Translations under genes and position numbers: made by a program | The notes under the pieces: model-generated | Database searches by the model: none | What the model was told of the DNA's origin: nothing | The model's input: only the letters and a program-made list of their open reading frames with translations | Assembly: GCA_947493695.1 (NCBI GenBank) | Contig: CANLSF010000010.1 | Location: 48,225 to 112,224 of the forward strand | DNA from: an uncultured Kiloniellaceae bacterium | GTDB taxonomy: Bacteria > Pseudomonadota > Alphaproteobacteria > Kiloniellales > Kiloniellaceae | DNA: 64,000 nucleotides | Direction of reading: 5' to 3' | Part shown: positions 19,042 through 27,565 of the stretch, in pieces | Position numbering within the stretch: the first letter of the stretch is position 1 | Layout: each line of letters starts with the position of its first letter

Positions 19042-19791
19042 ATGCAATTCACTGGGAAAACAGCTGTTGTGACGGGCGCGGCAGGCGGTATGGGTCTTGT
19101 CATTACCCAGGAATTACTCGCTGCGGGTGCTTCCGTCGCTGCCCTTGACGTCAAGCCGCGACCGGCCGCTCTTAATGATGCCGGTGCGGCCTTGAAATAC
19201 CTGGAAGGCGATCTGACCGATGATGCCTTTGTTGCCGGTGCTATGCAGGCGGCGTTCGAGTTAAACGGCAGCCTGGATTACCTGGTCAATGCCGCCGCGG
19301 TTTTATGGTTCGACCGTGATGTTTCGATGGTCGAGATCGATCTCGACGTTTGGGACAAGGTCCTGGAGATCGACCTGAAGACGATGGTTCACACGACGCG
19401 CCACGCCGTCCCCTTGATGAAGCGCTCACAGGGCGGCGCAATGGTCCATATTGCGAGCACTCAGGCGCTGCGCGGCGATGACAAACCGCAGGATGCCTAC
19501 CAGGCCTCCAAGGCCGCTATCATTTCACTTTCCAAGTCGCTCGCGATCCAATTTGCGGCGGACAACATCCGCTCGAACTCAGTGGTTCCGGGCCCTTGCC
19601 AGTCCCCGATGCAGGCGCGCTGGGGCGAAAATCCGCAAATTAAGCAGGCGACCGCCGAGGTCATTCCATTAGGACGCGTTGGCGATCCACAGGATATTGC
19701 CAACGCCGTATTGTTCCTGCTGTCGGATCGGGCAAGTTACATCACCGGTACGGAGCTCATCGTCGATGGCGGACTGACCGCCCGCCCCTGA
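19042..19791 (+). CDS. short-chain dehydrogenase/reductase (SDR)
   Basis: TGAAGGMG (TGxxxGxG) and YQASK (YxxxK). GGAGG lies upstream of ATG 19042. Confidence 0.9.
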   Translation: MQFTGKTAVVTGAAGGMGLVITQELLAAGASVAALDVKPRPAALNDAGAALKYLEGDLTDDAFVAGAMQAAFELNGSLDYLVNAAAVLWFDRDVSMVEIDLDVWDKVLEIDLKTMVHTTRHAVPLMKRSQGGAMVHIASTQALRGDDKPQDAYQASKAAIISLSKSLAIQFAADNIRSNSVVPGPCQSPMQARWGENPQIKQATAEVIPLGRVGDPQDIANAVLFLLSDRASYITGTELIVDGGLTARP

Positions 19792-19934
19792 GGTTGAAGA
19801 CGTTCCCGAGTTTCCTTTGAAACACACCGCAATTTCACATAAAAACGTCATAATTTCAGATAGTTAAACTTTTAGAGATTAATCGCAAATTAACAACCCA
19901 CCCGCTTAAATAGCCCATCGTGAAGGCTTTTTGA

Positions 19935-20900
19935 GTGAGATCCCGTGCTATGCCCAGGCGTTCCTCTACCCAACCAGAGAGATCCGGAAGTTCCGTGACG
20001 TCAATTTCTCCCGAGGTAACCGGCCTTGGGCGATCTGCTCTGCGGTTCGCGGCCCTCACATTCAGCATCTTCCTGACTGCGTCCTGCACGACAACGCCTG
20101 AGAAACCGATTTCCGCCGACCCGAAGATCTACAAGTCCGGGGCACTGATCCAGGACTGCGTCGACTGCCCGAAGATGGTTGTAATCGAACCCGGGAGCTT
20201 CGACATGGGTTCACGTCGCGGCGAAAACGACGAGAAACCCAGGCGTCAGGTCACACTCCGTCATGGCTTCGCCGTCGGAATCTACGAGATAACCTTTCAG
20301 GAATGGACGACCTGTGTGGAAGCTGGCGGCTGCCGGCATATGCCTGGGGACGAGGACTGGGGCCGCGCGCAGCGCCCACTGATCAATGTCTCCTGGAACG
20401 ATGCCCAGGACTACATTGCCTGGCTGAACAACACGACCGGCATGGATTATCGCCTGCTGAGTGAAGCCGAATGGGAATACGCGGCCCGCGCAGAGTCCAA
20501 CGCAATCGATATCTCGGGACAGGGGATCGGCAACTGCCGCTATTGCTATAGCGAGAGCACCCGCAGCGCCGATATGACCGTGCCCGTGGGTCAGTATCCC
20601 CCGAATTCGTACCGGCTTCATGATATGCTGGGCAACGTCTGGGAATGGGTCGCCGACTGTTATGTCCCTACCTATCGCGGCGCACCAGCGGATGGCGTGG
20701 CGCGTAACAAGTCAAACTGCGAAGCCCGCAGCATTCGCGGCGGATCCTGGAAGAGTTTCTATGGACAGACCCGTGCTGCCAATCGTGGCCGGGCGGAACA
20801 AGATATCCGCAGAAACGACATCGGTTTCCGTGTCGCACGTACGGTCCTGCTTAACGAGCACCAGGAAACCGCAAAAGCCGGCGCTTCCAGCACAAAATAA
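19935..20900 (+). CDS. formylglycine-generating-enzyme (SUMF1/FGE-sulfatase domain) family protein, probable lipoprotein
   Basis: 321 aa. Contains NVSWNDAQDYIAWLN, YRLLSEAEWEYAARA, HDMLGNVWEWVADCY, RGGSWKS and IGFRVAR. N-terminal hydrophobic segment ends in LTASC. The start is uncertain (GTG 19935 or ATG 19950). Confidence 0.8.
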   Translation: MRSRAMPRRSSTQPERSGSSVTSISPEVTGLGRSALRFAALTFSIFLTASCTTTPEKPISADPKIYKSGALIQDCVDCPKMVVIEPGSFDMGSRRGENDEKPRRQVTLRHGFAVGIYEITFQEWTTCVEAGGCRHMPGDEDWGRAQRPLINVSWNDAQDYIAWLNNTTGMDYRLLSEAEWEYAARAESNAIDISGQGIGNCRYCYSESTRSADMTVPVGQYPPNSYRLHDMLGNVWEWVADCYVPTYRGAPADGVARNKSNCEARSIRGGSWKSFYGQTRAANRGRAEQDIRRNDIGFRVARTVLLNEHQETAKAGASSTK

Positions 20901-20960
20901 AGTCGCCATTCTTGCTTCCGTCGCTGGCTCGGGCATAATTCCTGCCTGAGTTTCAGCTGC

Positions 20961-21419
20961 GTGACAGGGAGGACCGGCATGACGACGGATCAACTGAGAA
21001 GCGGTGGCTGCCTCTGCAATGCGGTGAGGTTTGAAATTTCCGTTCCCGAGGCCGTTTTCAACATCTGTCACTGTAGCATGTGCCGTAGATGGAGCGCGGG
21101 GCCTCTGATGGCCGTGCACTGCCCCGGCGAACCGACCTTTACATATCAGGAAGGATTGGCCTGGTATCAGGGCACCGATTGGGCACAGCGCGGGTTTTGC
21201 GCCCGTTGCGGCAGCAGTTTGTTCTGGCGATTGGCAGAAACGCCGTCCGCTATGACCATTGTTTCGGTTGAGAGTTTCGATTCTGCTGAAGACTTAAAGC
21301 TATCCCGCCATATCTACATCGACGCAAAACCGGAACGCTACGACTTCAAAGACGACTGTCCACGGGTTACCGAAGCGGAACTCCTGGCGGAACTGGGGAT
21401 CACGCCAAAGAACGACTGA
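20961..21419 (+). CDS. GFA (glutathione-dependent formaldehyde-activating enzyme) family zinc protein
   Basis: 152 aa. GGCLCNAVRF, CHCSMCRRWSAG and FCARCGSSLF Cys clusters. Confidence 0.8.
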   Translation: MTGRTGMTTDQLRSGGCLCNAVRFEISVPEAVFNICHCSMCRRWSAGPLMAVHCPGEPTFTYQEGLAWYQGTDWAQRGFCARCGSSLFWRLAETPSAMTIVSVESFDSAEDLKLSRHIYIDAKPERYDFKDDCPRVTEAELLAELGITPKND

Positions 21420-22128
21420 AAAGCGCCTCTAAACCGGCAGCGATTTCCTGAGGGGCAGTCACAATCGCGTCGGGTTTGGCTTCGACGAGTTCGCCAGGCG
21501 GCGCATAACCGTAGCTAACAGCCAGCACCCTTAACCCGACGCGGCGCGCACCTTCAATATCGTGCCTGCGGTCACCGACCATAACGGCCTGACCGGGCGA
21601 CAGGGACTCCTGCTCCAGAATGTACGCCAACAAATCCGCCTTCTCGCCTCGCACGCCATCCAGCTCGGCGCCGTAGACGCGTTGGAACCAACCTGCCAGA
21701 CCGAAGTGTTCGAGGATCGATTGAGCGAAAACCCTTGGCTTCGAGGTTGCCAGGAACAGGCGGCGACTGTCGCGTGAGAGCTGCTCCAGTAGCTCCGGAA
21801 TACCTTCATAGACCTTATTTTCCAACATTCCCACTTCAGCAAAGCGTTCTCGGTAAAGCCGCAGGGCCTCCCGGGCCTCTTCTTCCCGCGCTGGATTATC
21901 ACCGATCACTTCGTCCGGTTCGCGCAGCAACTCTTGAAAGGACTCCAACAGCGGCGGGCCGATACACCATGAGAGTTCGGCGGTGTCCGGTACGGGCCGG
22001 CCCAGCGTTTCGAGCGCATATTGGATAGAGCGGGTAATTCCCTCAAAAGGATCGGTCAGGGTTCCATCCAGATCGAACAGAACGACCTGATCTGTGGCAC
22101 CATTCAACACTTCGATTCTCCGGTCCAA
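21400..22128 (-). CDS. HAD-superfamily hydrolase (phosphoglycolate-phosphatase-like)
   Basis: Motif I LFDLDGTLTD, motif III-like MVGDRRHDIEGA. Non-ATG start (TTG/GTG), so the exact start is uncertain. The 3' end overlaps the GFA gene by 20 nt. Confidence 0.8.
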   Translation of the reverse strand: MDRRIEVLNGATDQVVLFDLDGTLTDPFEGITRSIQYALETLGRPVPDTAELSWCIGPPLLESFQELLREPDEVIGDNPAREEEAREALRLYRERFAEVGMLENKVYEGIPELLEQLSRDSRRLFLATSKPRVFAQSILEHFGLAGWFQRVYGAELDGVRGEKADLLAYILEQESLSPGQAVMVGDRRHDIEGARRVGLRVLAVSYGYAPPGELVEAKPDAIVTAPQEIAAGLEALFSRSLA

Positions 22129-22266
22129 TTTCCAGCCAAAAGGCTGAATTCCAGCACTCTAGAGTAATAGCTCTCAGACACAAGTTCCTGCCGCGCACGA
22201 CTCCCCTTGCAGCACCTTGATTTGCCCCTATAAAGTCACTCCAAATTTTTGGGAGTTAGGGGAATT

Positions 22267-23658
22267 ATGGTCGAGAACCTCAAGTGTGTCTCGCCGGTCG
22301 ACGGCAGCATCTACGTGGAGCGCCCGCTGGCCAAAGCCAGCGAAATAGCAGCCACACTGGAAAAGGCAAAAGCAGCCCAGGCAGCCTGGAAACTGACGCC
22401 ACTTCGTGAACGTCAGGCCCTGCTGACCAAGGCTGTAGACGCCTTCGTCGCGAAGCGGGATGAAATTGCCGAGGAAATAACCTGGCAAATGGGGCGCCCC
22501 CTCTCTCAGGGCCCAGGTGAGGTTGCGGGTTTTGAAGAGCGCGCGCGCCATATGATCGAAATTGCGCCCACCGCCCTCGCCGACCTCGCAGTTGAGCCCA
22601 AGGAGGGCTTCACCCGTTTCATTCGCAGGGATCCACTCGGTGTGGTCTTCGTGGTTGCGCCGTGGAATTTTCCCTATCTGACAGCGGTCAATTCAGTCGT
22701 TCCAGCACTGCTGGCGGGCAACGCGGTTATTCTCAAACACTCGGCCCAGACGCCGCTCTGCGCCGAACGCTTCGCCGAGGCCTTCGCGGCTGCCGGTCTG
22801 CCCGACGGCGTCTTTCAGTTTCTGCATCTGGGTCACAGCGATGCGCTGAAGCTTATCGGCAGCCCGGGTATCGACTTCGTCTCCTTCACCGGCTCTGTAA
22901 ATGCAGGCCGGGCGGTACAGGAAGCCGGTGCACAACGCTTCATCGGGATGGGCCTGGAACTCGGCGGCAAAGACCCCGCGTATGTCCGGCCGGACGTCAA
23001 GCTGGAGCATGCGATAGAAACACTGGTCGACGGCGCCTTTTTCAACAGCGGCCAGTCCTGTTGCGGTATTGAACGCATCTACGTCCATGCCGATGTCTAC
23101 GACAACTTCGTCGAAGGCTACGCCGAACTGGTGCGCGGATACCGCCTGGGCAATCCGCTCGAGTCAGAGACCAATCTCGGGCCGATGGTCAAAACGTCTG
23201 CCGCCGATTTCGTGCGAGGCCAAAGCACAGAAGCCGTAGCTCAGGGCGCGCGCGCCCTCATTGACACTTCGGTTTTTGCAATGGACCGGGAAGGCACGCC
23301 CTATTTAGCCCCGCAGGTCCTTAGCGATGTCGACCATTCCATGCGGGTGATGACTGAAGAGAGTTTCGGCCCCATCGTTGGATTGATGAAAGTCTCGTCC
23401 GATGAAGAGGCCATCGCCCTGATGAACGACAGCGACTTTGGCCTGACGGCATCGATTTGGACCACGGACGAGGACGCAGCGCTCACTATCGGCGATCGTA
23501 TCGAGACCGGCACCTGGTTCATGAACCGTTGCGACTACCTGGACCCTGCGCTGGCCTGGACCGGCGTGAAAGATTCCGGACGTGGCTGCAGCCTGTCGCA
23601 AGTCGGATTTGAACAGCTGACCCGACCAAAGTCCTTTCATCTGCGCACGGCCGTCTGA
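22267..23658 (+). CDS. NAD(P)-dependent aldehyde dehydrogenase
   Basis: ELGGKDP and FFNSGQSCCGIERIYV (catalytic Cys). I prefer ATG 22267, which has AGGGGA upstream. Confidence 0.9.
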   Translation: MVENLKCVSPVDGSIYVERPLAKASEIAATLEKAKAAQAAWKLTPLRERQALLTKAVDAFVAKRDEIAEEITWQMGRPLSQGPGEVAGFEERARHMIEIAPTALADLAVEPKEGFTRFIRRDPLGVVFVVAPWNFPYLTAVNSVVPALLAGNAVILKHSAQTPLCAERFAEAFAAAGLPDGVFQFLHLGHSDALKLIGSPGIDFVSFTGSVNAGRAVQEAGAQRFIGMGLELGGKDPAYVRPDVKLEHAIETLVDGAFFNSGQSCCGIERIYVHADVYDNFVEGYAELVRGYRLGNPLESETNLGPMVKTSAADFVRGQSTEAVAQGARALIDTSVFAMDREGTPYLAPQVLSDVDHSMRVMTEESFGPIVGLMKVSSDEEAIALMNDSDFGLTASIWTTDEDAALTIGDRIETGTWFMNRCDYLDPALAWTGVKDSGRGCSLSQVGFEQLTRPKSFHLRTAV

Positions 23659-23739
23659 CCTTGCGGCGTAACATAAATCAACCGAGTGTCGGGTCCCAGG
23701 CAAACCGGACCGCGACCATATTTTAAGAGCGACGAATTC

Positions 23740-24915
23740 ATGACCGACAAAATCACAAGCTTTAAAGGCAACTGGAGTTATCCAACCCAGATTCTCTTTG
23801 GCCCCGGCAGGATCAAAAATCTCGCCGCGGCTTGCCAGAGCCTTGGTATGAGCAATCCTCTGCTGGTCACGGACCCGGGGCTGGCGGCCTTGCCGATGGT
23901 GACGGATGCCATTGCAGCCAATGCTGCAGAGGGCCTGCCCACGGGATTGTTCAGCGACGTAAAGCCCAACCCGATTGGCAAAAATGTCGAGGACGGCGTC
24001 GCAGCCTTCAACGCAGGAAACCATGACGGCATCATCGCCTGGGGTGGCGGAAGCGGTCTGGACGCCGCCAAAGCCATCGCCTTCATGGCCGGTCAATCCC
24101 GCCCGCTCTGGGACTTTGAAGACGTCGGTGACAATTGGAAACGTGCGGACAGCGACAAGATCGCGCCCATTGTTGCCGTGCCGACCACAGCCGGTACAGG
24201 CTCGGAAGTTGGTCGCGCTTCAGTCATTCTGGATGAAGCAACCCACACCAAAAAAGTTATCTTTCACCCACAGTTTCTGCCCGGCGTGGTGATCTCGGAC
24301 CCGGAACTCACCGTCGGCCTGCCACCTCACATTACCGCGGCGACGGGTATGGACGCCCTTGCGCATTGTCTCGAAGCCTACTGTGCGCCGGGATATCACC
24401 CCATGGCGGAAGGCATTGCCGTAGAAGGCATGCGTCTGGTCAAAGACTGGTTGCCGACCGCTGTGTCGGACGGCACCAACATCGAAGCACGAGCGCACAT
24501 GCTCTCCGTCGCCAGCATGGGGGCAACGGCCTTTCAAAAAGGCCTGGGAGCAATTCACTCTCTGAGTCATCCAATCGGGGCGCTCTACGATACCCACCAT
24601 GGCCTGACCAACGCGGTCGTTATGCCCTACGTGCTGAAGTATAATCGCCCCGCAATTGAAATTAAAATCGCGCGTTTGGCGGCCTGGCTGGAACTGCCGG
24701 ATCCTTCGTTCGATTCTTTCATGGCCTGGGTCCTGAAGATGCGCAGCGACTTGAAGATCCCACACTCCCTTGGCGAAATCGGCGTCGGCACGGACCGGAT
24801 GGACGAAATTGCAGAAATGGCGGCTGTCGACCCAACTGCTCCCGGGAACCCGATTCCGTTGGAAGTCCCCGCCTTGAAGAGCATGCTCGAGGCAGCCATT
24901 GCGGGCGATCTTTAA
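23740..24915 (+). CDS. iron-containing (group III) alcohol dehydrogenase
   Basis: GGGSGLDAAKAI and metal-binding His contexts (ALAHCLEAY, HSLSHPIG). I prefer ATG 23740. Confidence 0.9.
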   Translation: MTDKITSFKGNWSYPTQILFGPGRIKNLAAACQSLGMSNPLLVTDPGLAALPMVTDAIAANAAEGLPTGLFSDVKPNPIGKNVEDGVAAFNAGNHDGIIAWGGGSGLDAAKAIAFMAGQSRPLWDFEDVGDNWKRADSDKIAPIVAVPTTAGTGSEVGRASVILDEATHTKKVIFHPQFLPGVVISDPELTVGLPPHITAATGMDALAHCLEAYCAPGYHPMAEGIAVEGMRLVKDWLPTAVSDGTNIEARAHMLSVASMGATAFQKGLGAIHSLSHPIGALYDTHHGLTNAVVMPYVLKYNRPAIEIKIARLAAWLELPDPSFDSFMAWVLKMRSDLKIPHSLGEIGVGTDRMDEIAEMAAVDPTAPGNPIPLEVPALKSMLEAAIAGDL

Positions 24916-25391
24916 CCTAGGCCCGAGAGCTCAGGTTAGCCGGCGCGGACACGACAGAGTCGCGCAAGAATGTTTCAAGAGAAGACTGGCGGTGGAAGGC
25001 GTGAGGACGTCTCCAGCGCCTTTCTTTTTCATAAATAACAACATCGAAATTTGAACCTTAGTGCCAGCCTTTACTTTCTTGGGTAAAATTAAATTACCGC
25101 ACTGCGAAATAAAAATTCCCACCTGAATCTAAAGTAACAATCTTTCAGCCCCTTACATTTCAAAATCATTTTCGAAAACCGGAATCACGAACAGAACAAA
25201 CATAATAACTATCTGTTTGTAATCGATATTTTTTCGTTGAATACCTAATTTTAACACATAACACTTATTATAGTGGCAATAGAACAGGGATGTTTGAAAT
25301 GCTGCTTCGGCTCCATAAGCCGACAGAAAATTTCAAGCGGGTCATAGAAATGAACCCGCACTTGGACAGACAACAGCTGGACAGGAACACC

Positions 25392-26447
25392 ATGACTCCC
25401 TTTTCTCACCCCGAGTTTGACGGACACGAAGAAGTCGCCTTCTGCAATGACGCAGAGAGCGGGCTCAAAGCCATCATCGCGATCCACAACACGAACCGCG
25501 GACCAGCCCTCGGCGGCTGCAGGATGTGGCCTTACGCAAGCGACGACGATGCCCTGACGGACGCTTTGCGCCTCTCGCGCGGAATGACCTACAAGTCGGC
25601 GCTAGCGGGCCTGAACATGGGTGGCGGCAAATCGGTCATCATCGGCAACGCCAAGAGCATGAAGTCGGAAACCCTGTTTCGCGCGATGGGCCGCTTCGTT
25701 GACAGCCTTGGCGGTCGCTATTCGATTGCCGAGGACGTCGGCATATCCGTCGCGGATGTAGAGATGATGGCGCAGGAAACCGAATTCGTCGCGGGCACGC
25801 CGGAACGCGGCGCTGGCGATCCCTCGCCTTCCACGGCTTACGGCGTTTATATGGGTATTCGCGCCGCCGTCGCGCACCGATTAAATCGGTCATCCGTTTC
25901 TGGCCTGACCATCGCTGTCCAGGGCCTTGGAAGTGTAGGGTGGAATCTCTGCAAGTATTTGTCTGACGATGGCGCGAAACTGATCGTCACCGACATCGAC
26001 CAGACCGTGATAGCGCACGCTGTCGAGAGTTTTGGCGCAACTGCCGTCACCACAGACGCGATCTACGGTGTTGAAGCGGACGTTTTCGCGCCTTGCGCTC
26101 TCGGCGCCATTATCAACGACGAGACCTTGAAGCTTCTGCGTGTCCCTGTCGTTGCCGGATCCTCAAACAACCAGCTCGCAGAACCGCGGCACGGCATTGA
26201 ACTTCACAAGCGCGGCATACTCTACGCGCCCGACTATGTGATCAACGCGGGTGGTGTGATCAACATCAGTCACGAAGGTCCAGAATACGATATGGAGAAA
26301 GCCTTCGCCCATGTCGCGAAAATTCACGACACCTTGGGCGAGATCTTCAAGCGCTCCGAAGCCTCGGGCACACCAACGTTCCAGGCCGCCGACCACCTTG
26401 CCGAGGAGCGCTTCCGGAGAGAAACCCTGACCTCCTCTGCAGCCTAG
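25392..26447 (+). CDS. Glu/Leu/Phe/Val dehydrogenase family, leucine/phenylalanine dehydrogenase type
   Basis: [42 protein letters not shown] (catalytic Lys) and AVQGLGSVG (NAD fold). I prefer ATG 25392 on typical N-terminal length. Confidence 0.85.
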   Translation: MTPFSHPEFDGHEEVAFCNDAESGLKAIIAIHNTNRGPALGGCRMWPYASDDDALTDALRLSRGMTYKSALAGLNMGGGKSVIIGNAKSMKSETLFRAMGRFVDSLGGRYSIAEDVGISVADVEMMAQETEFVAGTPERGAGDPSPSTAYGVYMGIRAAVAHRLNRSSVSGLTIAVQGLGSVGWNLCKYLSDDGAKLIVTDIDQTVIAHAVESFGATAVTTDAIYGVEADVFAPCALGAIINDETLKLLRVPVVAGSSNNQLAEPRHGIELHKRGILYAPDYVINAGGVINISHEGPEYDMEKAFAHVAKIHDTLGEIFKRSEASGTPTFQAADHLAEERFRRETLTSSAA

Positions 26448-26565
26448 GCTGAGGCATGCTTCGGATAAGAACCGTTATGTGAGAATTCTCAACCTGGTCG
26501 AAAGCACTTTGCGAGTTCGCCGAAACACGTGTACCCGTTTTGGGTCATATCGGATGGGATCGAAG

Positions 26566-27519
26566 TCAGGTCATGACATTCTGCGCCAGGGCATCAAGCT
26601 CGGCGCAGCGCATTTCATGAATGGCGACGCGGTCTCGCCCGCTTTCTTTCGCCACGTAGAGCGCTTCATCGGCGCGGTTGAGAATAACGTCGGTTTTAAC
26701 TTCGCCTTTGCAGACCTCGGTCAGGCCAATGCTCACGGTGTAGCGGAGAATAGTCTCGCCGAGGTCGATTTCCGCTTCACGAATGCACTTCAACAAACGC
26801 TCGCAGAAGATCTTCCCTCCCTCGACATTTGTTTCGGGCAGGAGAATCGCGAACTCTTCACCCCCCAGACGCCCAACGCAATCGACGTCTCTGATTTCAC
26901 CTGACATCAGGTTAGAGAGCTGCTTCAGAACGCGGTCGCCAACCTCGTGACCGTAGGTGTCATTGACCGATTTGAAATGGTCGGCATCAACCATGGCGAC
27001 CGCACAGGGGCGGCCATACCTCTGGGTACGGGAAATCTCTTCGCTCAGCTTTTCGAGAAAGTGCCGGCGATTCGAGAGGCCGGTGAGTGAATCCGTCGTC
27101 GCCAGAATAAGCAGGCGTTCGTTGGCCTCAGCCAGCTCAAGTTGACGTTCGCGAAGTTGGAGCATGTTGTTTGCGCGTGCAATCAGTTCCAGATCATCGA
27201 CCGGTTTGCGCAGAAAGTCGTTGGCCCCCGCCTGCAACGCGGAATAAAGGGCTTCTTTTTGCTCTGCGGCAGTAATCACAACCACCGGAATGTCGCGCAA
27301 GCCTTCGATCTCCCGAAAACGCTTGAGGAATTCCGTACCATCCATTTCAGGCATCAGGTAATCCAGCATTACCAGATCCGGAATGTTCTCCGCGCACCAG
27401 TCCAAGGCCTTTACAGGGTCCGTGAAGGTCACCGCCTCCACATCCTCCAACCGCTTGGCATAGCCCTTCAGTAAGAGCGCGTTCGGCAATACATCGTCGA
27501 CAATGGCAATTTTTTTCAT
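26566..27519 (-). CDS. response regulator with GGDEF diguanylate cyclase output (PleD-like, single REC)
   Basis: REC motif DLVMLDYLMPEMDG. GGDEF active site RLGGEEF, with an RxxD I-site (RDVD) five residues upstream. Confidence 0.9.
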   Translation of the reverse strand: MKKIAIVDDVLPNALLLKGYAKRLEDVEAVTFTDPVKALDWCAENIPDLVMLDYLMPEMDGTEFLKRFREIEGLRDIPVVVITAAEQKEALYSALQAGANDFLRKPVDDLELIARANNMLQLRERQLELAEANERLLILATTDSLTGLSNRRHFLEKLSEEISRTQRYGRPCAVAMVDADHFKSVNDTYGHEVGDRVLKQLSNLMSGEIRDVDCVGRLGGEEFAILLPETNVEGGKIFCERLLKCIREAEIDLGETILRYTVSIGLTEVCKGEVKTDVILNRADEALYVAKESGRDRVAIHEMRCAELDALAQNVMT

Positions 27520-27565
27520 GCTGTTTCTACTTTGTAAAAACGTCAGAGAATAATCCGGTTTCCGT

